A stretch of 64,000 nt of DNA from Chiloscyllium plagiosum (taxonomy: Eukaryota): contig NC_057753.1 in assembly GCF_004010195.1 (NCBI RefSeq), positions 15,075,345-15,139,344 on the forward strand, written 5' to 3'. Position numbers and translations under genes: made by a program. Below the pieces are notes generated by a model that had not been told where the DNA came from, did not search any database, and saw only the letters and a program-made list of their open reading frames with translations. Positions 37,177 through 48,443 of this stretch are shown here, piece by piece; position 1 is the first letter of the stretch, and every line of letters begins with the position of its first letter.

Positions 37177-38319
37177 GTAATTGCATTTCAATATCACATG
37201 GAATAGCATCCCATTATTCTGGTCCAACCGTTCAATACGAAGGGGGATGCATTACTCCCAAAGGTCTTGATATCCTGGATTCTCCCACTCACACTCCTGT
37301 TCTCAGATACAGAGACAATGATTGGGGAAGAGTGTCAAAGCTCAGTTCCAAACACAATGCTGCTGTTGGAAACACATTCAAAGCATATCACTCACTTTGA
37401 GCAGACACATCAGTCTCAAATGACCACAAATCCCACAATATTTCTGGCTGTAACAGGCGAAATTACCGTTTCATTTTCTGATGTTCCCATGACGAGTTCT
37501 TGCTGTTTCCTTGCCAGTCATTGCTGAGCACCAAGGAAAGCAGACCATTTCTGGCTCGCCTCTCTTAACTTTCCTGAAGTTGATATATTTTCTGAACACT
37601 TGCCTGGATAGGTGCATCTTCAACAATATACAAGCATCTCGACATCAATTGGAAAAAAAAAGCAGCCCCACTTGATTGACACGACATCCTCTCCCTCCAA
37701 TGTTCACTCGCAGCAGTTTGCACCATCTACAAAAGGACCTGTGGAAGTTCACCAACGCCCCAGAGTCAGCACGTGCCAAGCACCCGACCACTTCCATCTA
37801 GAAGGGCAAGGGGTAGCAGGTACTTGGGATAACCACAACTTGCGGGTCTCCCGCTTAACTACACAACGTCCTATCTTGGAGATATATTGCTTGGCTAGAA
37901 TGCTAGAACACCCTCCATAATAAGATTGTGCCACTACCTACAGCAACTGGACAGCAGCGGTTCGAGAGGGCAGCTCACCCCCACCACCTTCTCAAGGAGG
38001 TGACTAGGGACACGTAATAAATGCTGACTCAGAAGTGACACCAATATCCCATGAATGAATAATCAATATTTTTATCACGTTGGCCCTTTGAGAGTAAATG
38101 TTTCAGTGGAAGCATTTCTCCGACCCTTGCTATCGTGACTGAGTACCAGTTATTAAAACGTCACATCCCCTTTCACGAAATACAGTTCGGCTTCTGACGT
38201 ATTTATGACAGAGTGCATTTGTTGCACCCCCTCACAGTCATTGCATGGTGAACGGTGAATCCAGACTGGGTTGGGAGTTTTCATGTTTAAACCTTAATTG
38301 CTATTTCTGTGCTTTGCAG

Positions 38320-38634
38320 AGGCGCTGAGTCTGAGACTTGAGAATGGGGGCAATCCTTGCTCTGGTCGAGTGGAGATTCACTACGATGGTCTGTGGGGGT
38401 CTGTGCATGATCGTAACTGGGACTTGCGAGATGCTGCTGTGGTGTGTCGGGAGCTAGACTGCGGAACCGCGGTCTCTGCCCCGCGTGGGTCTCACTTTGG
38501 ACCAGGATCCGGACCCATTGTGACTGGAAATATTTGGTGCAGCGGGACTGAGCGCTCTCTGCGGGACTGCGCATCATGGGAATGGAAGCATTACTTCAAT
38601 TCACAATCCAATGATGCTGGTGTCATTTGTTCAG
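38320..38634 (+). CDS. SRCR domain exon 3 (6-Cys variant, paralogue of exon 1)
   Basis: ttgcag| and |gtagaa, 315 nt, open frame. Confidence 0.93.
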
Positions 38635-39181
38635 GTAGAAATCTGTTCTTGTTTCTGTGTCGTTGCATCAGAATGCGGCATTGTCTGAAATAAGAAAGGG
38701 ATATGACAGCAGAACTGCAAGTGTTGAATAACTGTTAACCCCATTATAATCGCATCACTAATTTATTCAGTATAAATTGCAAATTGTGTGGATATTTGAA
38801 GGTAATGGGAGAGGTGAGTACTGTTACTAATTACCGTCCCTTGAAGGGTCAGGACAGGTGTCCATTGTGATGTCACTTGAATCCATATTGAGAGAGCTGC
38901 ACCGCTGGAACTGTCGCATTTACAACCCAATGTATAATGAGATTCAGCATGGTGTTGGCTGGCAGTATCACTTTGTAAAGTTTATCTGTAGGCTGAAAGT
39001 TGCTTTCCTTTGGATCAGCTGAGGGGAAGGAATCTGGGGGTGAACATACATGATGTCGACAGGGCACCAAACCGATATAGAGTGATGGAATGTCTCACAC
39101 ACGAATCTGTCATCAATCAGCCGAATATTCATTAGGCAATAATTTCAAATAATTTGTTATGATTCGGTGATTTTTTTTCAG

Positions 39182-39490
39182 AGCAAGTCATGTTAGTACC
39201 TGAAAATTCCCAATGCTTTGGCAGACTGGAGGTACAGTTCGGTGACACCTGGAGAACAGTGTGTGGTCTTGACTGGGGTTTGGAAAATGCCAACGTGGTC
39301 TGTGCACAGCTTCATTGTGGAGTGGCTGTATCTGTTTCAAGCTTTGTTCATTCTGGAGCCAGTTCTGTGCTCACGGGTACGAAGGTCTTTGAATGTACAG
39401 GCAGTGAGACTCAACTGGGGAATTGCCCTCGCTCTTCAACAACTCACCACGATTGCCGTGGACACAACAACGTCACCCTGATATGTTCCG
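39182..39490 (+). CDS. SRCR domain exon 4 (paralogue of exon 2)
   Basis: tttcag| and |gtgagc, 309 nt, open frame, 8 Cys. Confidence 0.93.
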
Positions 39491-41347
39491 GTGAGCACAG
39501 ACCCTTAGTGGAAAAAATAACACATTTCATTGTAATGTTGGTGAAAGTGATGGCGTTGGATTATCTGGAATTGCTGTATAAGTGTCAAATTATACTAATC
39601 CTGACGATTTCCAAAGTAGTCACGCATTAAGTGCAATGAAGTAAAATATCCACGCAATTATCAGACGTTAAGCTGTTTTGAAATGCATACACTTGTATGG
39701 GAAAAGAAATTTCTACATGTTTGTAAACTGTCTGCACTCAACATATTAAATTGTCTAGATTGTCTAAAAGTAGATCATTAGCGTAATGGTAAGCACAAGT
39801 TAACATAGGGTTGTTGAAGTGAATATCGGACAATTAAATTCATGTGAAGCCATTCATAATTTTGGCCTTCGAGGACCCAGCAATACTATTGAAGAAAGTT
39901 TACAAACTATTTCAAACAATTAAACTTCACTCCTTCCAACAAATGCTTCAGCAAGCATTTCCAGTTCACAATACCTCGTCGTCTTACATGTGTCGTCATG
40001 GTCATTTGTTCCACCATCGTATTGTGAACCTAACATTAAGTCAGAATGCGATCCTTTTCGTTGCATTACATTGCACGTTGCTTTGAATTTATCTTGCTTA
40101 ATATCAATGTATTTTTTGAAATAGTGTTCAGTTGTCCGAATCAATATGATTCCAATGCATGCCACACCTCTTGTTCGAGAATTTAACATTTCTGCCCACC
40201 ATTCTTCCGACGATCAGCTAATGCAATCAGTTTCTTTTTCTTCACCTGCCTTGTTCAAGCAAATCATATTCTCGTGTACGTTTATCTGCGCCACCACCAT
40301 ATTTCAACGAAAGCCACAATTGGTTAAATATACCCTTGTCGAAAATACTTGCATCTTCAAAAGTAGTGCATCTTCAATTCCCTAAGGACCATGGCACAGT
40401 TTGTGAATTACGTGTTACACATACTTTTACACAATGCTTTTCTATTGGCCTAACGATCACTGGGCAGCAATCACCATAAAGTCTCTGCTTCTGCACTATT
40501 TAACACTACTTACAAGTTTAGGTTTAAGTTGCATTGCTCATTGCTCTGCAAAATATTTTACAAACTTCAAGCAGCTCAGCTTTTAAAGCACGAGGCTTTT
40601 CTTCCTATGTGTGCGTATTCAAAATCTCAATCGAGAAAAATTGAATGTATGTTTCACGTCATTTTCCCGACTGCTAAACTGTAACCCCTCACACTTCTTT
40701 GCATTAAGTTCCATCTGTTATTTGTCTATCCGTTCTGCTATCCTTTGCATTCCCCACTAAAATTAGCAGCTCCAATAATTAATGGTTTGAACACATCAAA
40801 CTCTAATATCGTGAACTACTGTTCAAATGTTGCTTTGCATCTTAAATGCAGAGTTGAGAAAGACCATGTCCCATGTTTAAAAAAAACACAAATGCACAGC
40901 TTTTTATTGATGTCCTTAAAATAACATGTAATTTTCCAAGACCTCTTTCTTTCGATTTTTGACGAGTTTTCACAATTTATTTACTTACCTTTCTTGAATA
41001 AATTTAATTGTTTGAAGCGAAATTACGTAACACAAGAGGCGTAAGGGAACACAAGCTTAAAGCATCGTATCTGCATGCTGAGAAAAGATGACAGTGGATT
41101 CGATTGGACAATAAATTATCGACTCTGGGGCAGTTGCATATTAGATCCAGCATCTGATGGACTGGTCTGGGTTTTGTCAACTGGATGCTCTGCATCTGTT
41201 ACCACAAAATGCCTTTCAACATTTTAGATATCTCATTTGTCTCAAGCTAATAAATTCCTTTGTTGCCAACTTTTTATTAAATTTTCTTCATAAAGTAAAT
41301 ATTGATACCTATGCCATCCTATTCACACTGTGCTGCAGCATCCCTCA

Positions 41348-41560
41348 CGGGCATTTCTCAGCTCAGTTGGCTGAATGGCTGGATTGAGATGCGATAGCAT
41401 TGGTGCATTAACCCCACAGTCTGAGGTTGCCATGAATGTCTGAATCTGCTCGCCCCTCACCTGTCGAATGGTGACCATCAGGTTAAATCACTCTCCGTCT
41501 GCTCTCTCTGAATAGAGTGTCGCCACATGATAATTAGAGCTATGGTGACTTAACCTTCAC
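41348..41560 (+). mobile_element. Old tRNA-derived SINE (family unassigned)
   Basis: A-box-like agctcagttgg at the 5' end; body not assigned. Confidence 0.4.
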
Positions 41561-41822
41561 TGAATCATACTAAATGCCAATCTCCCGTCGCGAGCATACA
41601 TGAACAAATGCAGCACAAACGCAACTTAACCCGAGATTGTTACAAGTGCGCCTGTGCATTCTCATTGCTTACAGTATCTTGGATACTCCATAAAACATCA
41701 TAATCACTATTTTAGGAAAACCCTTTCGTTCTGATTTTTCCAGCAGTTTCATGAAGCAAACGCAAATTTGAAGAAATTGTATCTGTGATGTCTGTCTGCT
41801 GAACTCTGATGGATAAGGCACT

Positions 41823-42040
41823 GCTGAAAAATGTGATGGTGGAAAAACACAGCAGGCCAGGCAGCATCCGAGGAGCGGGAGAATCAACGTTTCGGGCATA
41901 AGCCCTTCTTCCTGAAGAAAGGCTTATGCCTGAAACGTCGATTCGCCTGCTCCTCGGATGCTGCCTGGTCTGCTGTGTTTTTCCAGCATCACATTTTTCA
42001 ACTCTGGTCTCCAGCAACTGCAGTCCTCACTTTCTCCTCC
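41823..42040 (+). mobile_element. Palindromic Penelope-derived element with 13-bp TSD
   Basis: Inverted arms ~41825-41911 / 41914-42000; tggataaggcact at 41810-41822 and 42041-42053. Confidence 0.88.
41912..41939 (+). ncRNA. Minimal hammerhead ribozyme core (PLE type)
   Basis: CUGAAGA-A-AGGC-UUAU-GCCU-GAAA-C-GUC. Confidence 0.65.
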
Positions 42041-42138
42041 TGGATAAGGCACTATTTACTTTCTCGTTTGTATCTTGCACCAGTGCCTGTCATAACAGTG
42101 ATTTGCAAACACCTGTACTTGTATTTGCTCTAAAACAG

Positions 42139-42453
42139 GAAACCATGGACCCCGGTTGGTTGGTGGGGAGAACAGGTGCTCTGGGCGAGTGGAGGTCCTG
42201 CATGGAGAGCAATGGGGAACGCTGTGTGGTGATTACTTTGGCATACGAACCGCCAGAGTGGTCTGTGAACACCTTCAATGTGGGACTGTCAGGTCGATCC
42301 CCAGAGATGATCGATTTGGGAGGGGAGCCGGAACACTGTGGATGGAGAAGTATAATTGCCGTGGAAACGCGAGACGATTGTGGGACTGTCCAATCTCACA
42401 GGGGGAGAGGGTCAACTGTTCCCAGGGAAATGTCGCCAATGTCATCTGCTCGG
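42139..42453 (+). CDS. SRCR domain exon 5 (alternative in-frame donor at 42462)
   Basis: aacag| acceptor; PRLVGGENRCSGRVEVLHGEQWGTLC..ANVICS; donors g|gtgtgt (42453) or g|gtaagt (42462). Confidence 0.92.
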
Positions 42454-43395
42454 GTGTGTCTGGTAAGTCTGGCAGATGTCCTCCGTGAAGGAAAATGATT
42501 GTCCAGATGGGTTTTTTGGACAATTGATGTTGGTTTCCACGTCACCGTTACTTAGAATACACTTCATGCCGAGATTATTCACTTACTTTGAACACCATCA
42601 GCGGTCATTCCGAAATGTAAAAATAAAAAGACAATCTTTCTAAACGTCACATTGCATCGTTTTATTAAACAAAGTGCCATGTTTACTTGGCACAACGATG
42701 TTCTGTGGTATGACAGTGGTTTTTTCGACCTTAATGTGTCTTAAATCCACACTTTTTTCCGAAATTCTGAAGCTTTCACAAATACCATCTGAGACGACAA
42801 GCAATTATCGTCATCTTTGCATGTATCTAGACCATCCTTCAAACGTCAAATCTCTCTCCCTCTCCAAAGATGTTTCCAGACTCATTGGATTCCTCGAGAA
42901 CATTCTATGACTGCTTCTGAGGTGGTGAGGGAATCCGAGTGACAAATGCTCTGACACATTGCAGCATTTTGGGGGAAGTTTGCAACATCGGAACAGACAT
43001 GACAAAAACAAAGAAGTTGAGATCATTACGTGGAATTCTCACTAATGTTTCCTGCGGCAAAATATAGCCAGTCTGCAGTGATATATTGGGAATAATCAGT
43101 GGGCTTTTCAATTCTCTGCTTCTGAATTTCATTGCATCACTTCCCACCAACCATAATGGAACTTTCACTGGCCATTTCACTTCCCCATCACTTCAGATTA
43201 ACGGGATTTGCTTCTCCAGACCTTTCCCAGTTGTTTGGAAGGGAATGGTGATGACAATAACTGCAACTTTCTGCAAATCTGTTGGAGACGCCATCAGGAA
43301 TGATTTTTTAACATCATAAATTTTCCTTTGATTGATATTTCTCGAATGTACCTTATGCACTTTAATGACTGTTCTAAATTAATCTCATGTTTCAG

Positions 43396-43713
43396 ATGAA
43401 AGTTGGTCACCAAGACTGGTAAATGGGAGAAACCGCTGTGATGGCCAAGTTGAGGTTTACTACAATGGAAGTTGGGGCAGAGTGCAGGACTCCCTGTGGG
43501 ATCTGAATGCTGCTCATGTTGTGTGCAGACAGCTGGGTTGCGGTTATGCCTTAGAAACGCATAACTCTTCATACTACGCGGTGAGTGATGAACGTCCGTG
43601 CGTGCATAGTATCCAGTGTCATGGACAGGAATCACAGCTCCGGGATTGCAGCATTTCCAACCCTTTGAGCTCGTCTGTCACTGACAGCGGTGCCGTTGGC
43701 ATCCTCTGTTCAG
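43396..43713 (+). CDS. SRCR domain exon 6 (lacks C2/C7)
   Basis: ttcag| and |gtgaga, 318 nt; PRLVNGRNRCDGQVEVYYNGSWGRVQD..AAHVVCRQLGCG..VGILCS. Confidence 0.92.
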
Positions 43714-43901
43714 GTGAGAAGATGCTTCACAGATAAATGATTGATTGAATATTAATGCTGTCAGATATTCTGTTTCAGGATTTTATTCCATCTCACAAGA
43801 AAACGTACAGCTCGCTTTACCTGATTCAGTATACTACGCTGCATTGAACTAAGCAGGGAGTGGGTATTGCAATTATAATCATCTGGGTTATTGTCCAACA
43901 G

Positions 43902-44219
43902 AACATATCCAGTTAAGGCTGTCAGATGGAGGAACCCGTTGTGCTGGTCGATTGGAAATTTACTACAAAGGGACATGGGGATCAGTTTGTGATGACTCCT
44001 GGGATGTGAGAGACGCTGAAGTGGTTTGTAAACAACTGGATTGTGGAGGTGCACTGGAAAGGGCACTTCCTTCCTCCTGCGGACCGGGCACAGGGCCAGT
44101 TTGGTTGAAAGATGTGAACTGTTCTGGAAACGAATCATTTCTCTGGGAATGCCCTTCAGCACCATTCGGTCAGCAAGACGACTGTTCTCATAAAGAGGAC
44201 GTAAGAATAATGTGCTCAG
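43902..44219 (+). CDS. SRCR domain exon 7
   Basis: aacag| and |gtgaga, 318 nt; LRLSDGGTRCAGRLEIYYKGTWGSVCDDSWD..DCSHKEDVRIMCS. Confidence 0.95.
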
Positions 44220-44269
44220 GTGAGAACACTCTCAATGTTGTTCGTGACATACTATGTTATCAACAAAGC

Positions 44270-46002
44270 TTCATGTGAATGTTTGTATAGTGAATTAGGG
44301 AGTATTTACAGCAGTGACGGCAATTGAATGCCTATGCTGCACCGAGTTCAGTGTTTACTGTGGAGAAGGACATGAAAGATATAGAATGTGGAGAAATGGA
44401 TGATGACATTTTGAAAAATGTTCATTTTACAGTGGAGGAGAAACTGAATGTTTTGAATCATATAAAAATGGAGAAATCACCAAGACCTGATCAGGTGTAC
44501 CATAGAACTCTGTGAGAAGCTAGGGGTGTGATTGCTGGACCCCTTGCTGAGATATTCTATATCATTGACAGTCATAGGTGAGGTGCTGGAAGACTGGAGG
44601 TTGGCTACCGTGGTGCCACTATTTAAGAAAGGTGGAAAGGAAAAGCCAGAGAACTAGAGACCGGTGAGCCTGATGTTGGTACTCGGCAAGATGTTGGAGG
44701 GAATCCTGAGGAACGGGATTTACATGTATTTGGAAAGGCAAGAATTCATTAGGGATAGTTAGCATGGCTTTGTGCATGGTAATTGATGTCTCACGAAATT
44801 GATTGAGTTTGTTGAAGAAGTAACAAAGAGGATTGCTGAGGGCAAAGCGGTAGACGTGATCTTTATCGATTTATGTAAGGTGTTCGACAAGGTTTACCAT
44901 GGGTGGTTCATTAGCCAGGTTAGATCTCATAAAGTACAAGGAGAACTAGCCATTTGGATGCAGAACTGGCTCGAAGGTAGAAGACAGAGGGTTGTGGTGG
45001 AATGTTGCTTTTCAAATTGGAGGCCTGTGACCAGCGATGTGCCATAAGGATCGGTGTTGGGTCCACTAACTTGTGTCATTTACAAAAATGGTTTGGATAT
45101 GTACATAAGAGGTATAGTTAGCAAGTTTGCAGATGACACCAAAATTGAGTTGTAGTGGACAGCAGAGCAGGTTGCTTCAGATTACAATGGGATCTTGATC
45201 AGATTTGCCAATGGGCTGCAGATTGGCAGCTGGATTTTAATTCAGATAAATGTGAGCTTCTGTATTTTGGAAAAACAAATCAAACATGACTTATACAGTT
45301 TGTGGTAAGATCCTGGTGAGTGTTGCGAAACAAAGAAACCTTAGAGTGTTGGTTCACAGTTCCTTGAAAAAAAAAGTCACACGTAGATAGGATAGAGAGG
45401 AAGACGTTTGGTATGAATTCCTTTATTTGGTCAGTGCATTGACTATAGAGTTGGGAGGCCATATTGCGACTGCACATGACATTGGTTCGGCCACGTTTGG
45501 AATATTGCATTTAATTTTTATCTCCTACCTATGGTAGGATGTGTAAAAGTTGGAAGAGTTCAGAAAAGATTAACAAGGATGTTGTCAAAGTTGAAAGAAT
45601 GAGCTTTCGAGAGGGGAATAATAGTTTCCGTCTGCTTTCTCTGAAGCGTTCGACGATGAAGAGTGACCTTATAAAGGATTTTTAAAATCATGAGGGGCAT
45701 GGATGGGATTTTCCCTGGGGTTAGGAAGTCCAGTTTAGGGTGACGGGGAAAGATATAAAAGGAACCCAAAGGACAACTTTTTCACACAGATACATGAATG
45801 AAATGCGCTGCCAAAGGAAGTAATGGAGGCTGGTGTAATTGCAGCATTTAAAATAAATCAGGATGGGTATATGAATAGGAAAGTTTTCGAGGGATATGGC
45901 CGAGTTTTGGCAAATGGGACTAGATTAGATGAGAATAACAGATTACCATAGACGAGTTGGACAGAAGGTCTGTTTCTATGCTGGACATCTCTGTGACTCT
46001 CG
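44270..46002 (+). mobile_element. Intronic CR1 LINE, 5' truncated ORF2 and 3' tail
   Basis: KSPRPDQVY, FDKVYHG, WLEGRRQRVVVE, aagtttgcagatgacacc (KFADDT); many stops. Confidence 0.92.
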
Positions 46003-46327
46003 GACTGGATTCGTAATATACAGTATTTCCATGCATATAGTTCTCCATTTAATATGTCATCATAAGGTTCAAATGTGTTATTGATGGGCCATGGTCAATA
46101 ATCTGGGTGAAGTGAATATTTTCCAGAATGTCTGAAAGTATTTAGATGTAAAAGATTATTACTTATGATCTCAAGTTTTGTACCCAACGGCTGGAAATTT
46201 CATTCCCTTCTGTGTCTCTCGGTCTCTCTGAGGCTAAAACTCCGAAGGAATCCTTATTGCAACGAGTGTCTGTTCTCTTCCTAATTTCTGTCAGATTTCA
46301 CCACATTACATTTAACGGAATTAAAGT

Positions 46328-46640
46328 GGGCGGCACGGTGTTTAGCATTGCTGCCTCACAGCACCAGAGACCCGGATTCAATTCCCGCCTCAGGCCACTC
46401 TCTGTGTGGAGTTTGCACATTTTCCCCGTGTCTGCGTGGGTTTCCTCTGGGTCCTCTGGTTTCTTCCCACAATCCAAAGATGTGCAGGTCAGGTGAATTA
46501 GCCATGTTAAATTGCCCGTAGTGTGAGGTGATGGGGGAAATGCAGGGGAATGGGTCTGAGTGGATTGCACTTCGGCGGGTCGGTGTGGACTTGTTGGGCC
46601 GAAGTGCCTGTTTCCACACTGTAAGTAATCTAAATCTAAA
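46328..46640 (+). mobile_element. HE1-like V-SINE, near full length
   Basis: tRNA-like head ggcggcacggtg..ggattcaattcc, V-domain tgtgtggagtttgcacattttccccgtgtctgcgtgggtttcc, tail gggccgaagtgcctgtttccacactgtaagtaatctaa. Confidence 0.92.
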
Positions 46641-47124
46641 ATTTCATCACACATTGAACACCCATACTGCCCATTTATTACGATGTATTTGTCTTTTTCC
46701 TGATCTTCCTGAACCGTAACCACACTCCATAATTTGTTGCCAATCAGAACGTTTGGAATTGGCTTGGGTTAGCAAATCCAAATTGTTTCCTGCAATATTA
46801 CATAGCCACGAGACCTGCCCGAGTTTCAGCAGATCACTTCCCCTCTTCTGCAAATCTGACAACCTACTTCGGCCACAGACTTTCGGTTTACTGTCAATTT
46901 CTTATCTCCACAATTTTACATAATCAATCGTTTCAAGATTCTACTAGCACATTGTTAAACGTCTTTTCAAATTCCACGAACAATGCATCTTCTGCCTTGC
47001 TTCTAGTTTATTTGTCCTCGTGTACTATGTTAATTTATGACACTTGAGTTGTATATTAGAGTCATTGTCACGTACGGATGACATAAACTATCTGTCAATA
47101 TGGCTATCTGTTATTATAAAACAG

Positions 47125-47442
47125 AACACAAGGAGATGCGGCTGGTGAATGGAAAGCATCGGTGTGAGGGGAGAGTGGAAGTGTTCTACAATGAGGCCTG
47201 GGGGACGGTGTGCTCGGAAAGTCTGGACTTCCACGATGGGGAAGTGATTTGTAAACAATTGCAGTGCGGTGCTCTCCAGTCCATTGATTATTACACTCAG
47301 TTATTCGGAGCAGGAACGGGACCTATTTGGCTCGATGACGTGGAGTGCCTGTCACACGAGCCGACCCTGTGGCAATGTAAGAGAAATCCGTGGGGTCAAC
47401 ACAACTGCGAACACAGGGAAGATGCTGGTGTCGTTTGTTCAG
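47125..47442 (+). CDS. SRCR domain exon 8
   Basis: aacag| and |gtaacg, 318 nt; MRLVNGKHRCEGRVEVFYNEAWGTVC..GPIWLDDVEC..WGQHNCEHREDAGVVCS. Confidence 0.95.
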
Positions 47443-47523
47443 GTAACGCAACAAATCCCAAACTTCAGATGTCATTTCAAACACCGAGTTGCAGTATAGT
47501 CCACATGTTTCTCCTCTTTACAG

Positions 47524-47580
47524 AGAACAATGTAACAAAGGAGCAGTCCCTCAGTTCAAATTCCTGCCATCAGCAATCAG
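47524..47580 (+). CDS. Inter-domain linker exon (ENNVTKEQSLSSNSCHQQS)
   Basis: ctctttacag| and |gtaggt, 57 nt, phase 1-1. Confidence 0.82.
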
Positions 47581-47663
47581 GTAGGTCCTCATGAATGTGT
47601 CAACTCTCGGAATGGCGTTTCTGCTTTGTCATGCTTTCAGTAATAACCAGTTCTTTATCACAG

Positions 47664-47981
47664 ATTCGCAACACAGCGTGAGCCTGGTTGGAGGAAGCAG
47701 CAACTGTTCTGGGAGAGTGGAAATCCTGTGCGGAAAAGGCTGGGGAACGTTGTGTGGTGATTCCTGGGATACAACTGATGCCAATGTTGTCTGCAGACAG
47801 CTGGGATGTGGCTTTGCTGTTACGGCCAGAGGAGGGCCCACTGTTTCTCAGGTTAAAGGCGTTACCTGGCAGAATGATGTGAAGTGTAAGGGAAGCGAAT
47901 CCTCCCTATACGACTGTCTCTCCCTGGAACAAATGCAAAGCGAGTGCAATCACAAGGAAATTGCCAGTGTGATCTGTTCTG
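47664..47981 (+). CDS. SRCR domain exon 9 (membrane proximal)
   Basis: cacag| and |gtaagc, 318 nt; SLVGGSSNCSGRVEILCGKGWGTLCGDSWD..ECNHKEIASVICS. Confidence 0.94.
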
Positions 47982-48099
47982 GTAAGCATGATGCTAACTT
48001 TTCTCCAATCACTCATCATTAATTTTGCAATCTCGCGCTGGCATTTGTCCTCCTGAATAAAATATCAAATTCACGAATATTTGTATATGTCTTCCACAG

Positions 48100-48141
48100 G
48101 ACCCGATTTGTTGCTGACATCGCCTTCGCCTCCACCTGCTG
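48100..48141 (+). CDS. Pro/Ser/Thr stalk exon (GPDLLLTSPSPPPA)
   Basis: cttccacag| and |gtattt, 42 nt, phase 1-1. Confidence 0.8.
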
Positions 48142-48323
48142 GTATTTATGATTGATAATGTCATTAATATTTGTGTTTTAAAGTTCCTGCCTAATGGCAT
48201 TGATACTCATGGCATTTTCGCGATTTTAACTGTTAGGTCAGTATTTTCTGATGTGCGGACTCAATACAGTTATACAAAGCAGATGGTAACTCAGCTAAAT
48301 CTTTCTGTGATCTTTTCTTGAAG

Positions 48324-48443
48324 GACAGGCAAGTACATCTATTTCCATACCAGTCGTCATCTGCTTAACCTTGGGATTCCTGTTAATCTGTGATTTAATC
48401 GTTGTAATGCTCGTTGTAATGCAGAGAAAATTTCAAATGAAAG
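48324..48443 (+). CDS. Transmembrane exon (GQASTSISIPVVICLTLGFLLICDLIVVMLVVMQRKFQMK)
   Basis: ttcttgaag| and |gtgagc, 120 nt; hydrophobic helix followed by a basic stop-transfer QRKFQMK; not in the ORF track. Confidence 0.88.

Larger units (their letters stand above)
33790..41055 (+). repeat. Tandem segmental duplication unit B
   Basis: Colinear with 25900-33710. Confidence 0.9.

Noticed and set aside
41926..42498. 190-aa ORF, the longest in the track
   Set aside because: Starts in the palindromic repeat and overlaps the SRCR exon in the wrong frame
46328..46400. tRNA-like A/B boxes
   Set aside because: SINE head, not a tRNA gene; no cloverleaf
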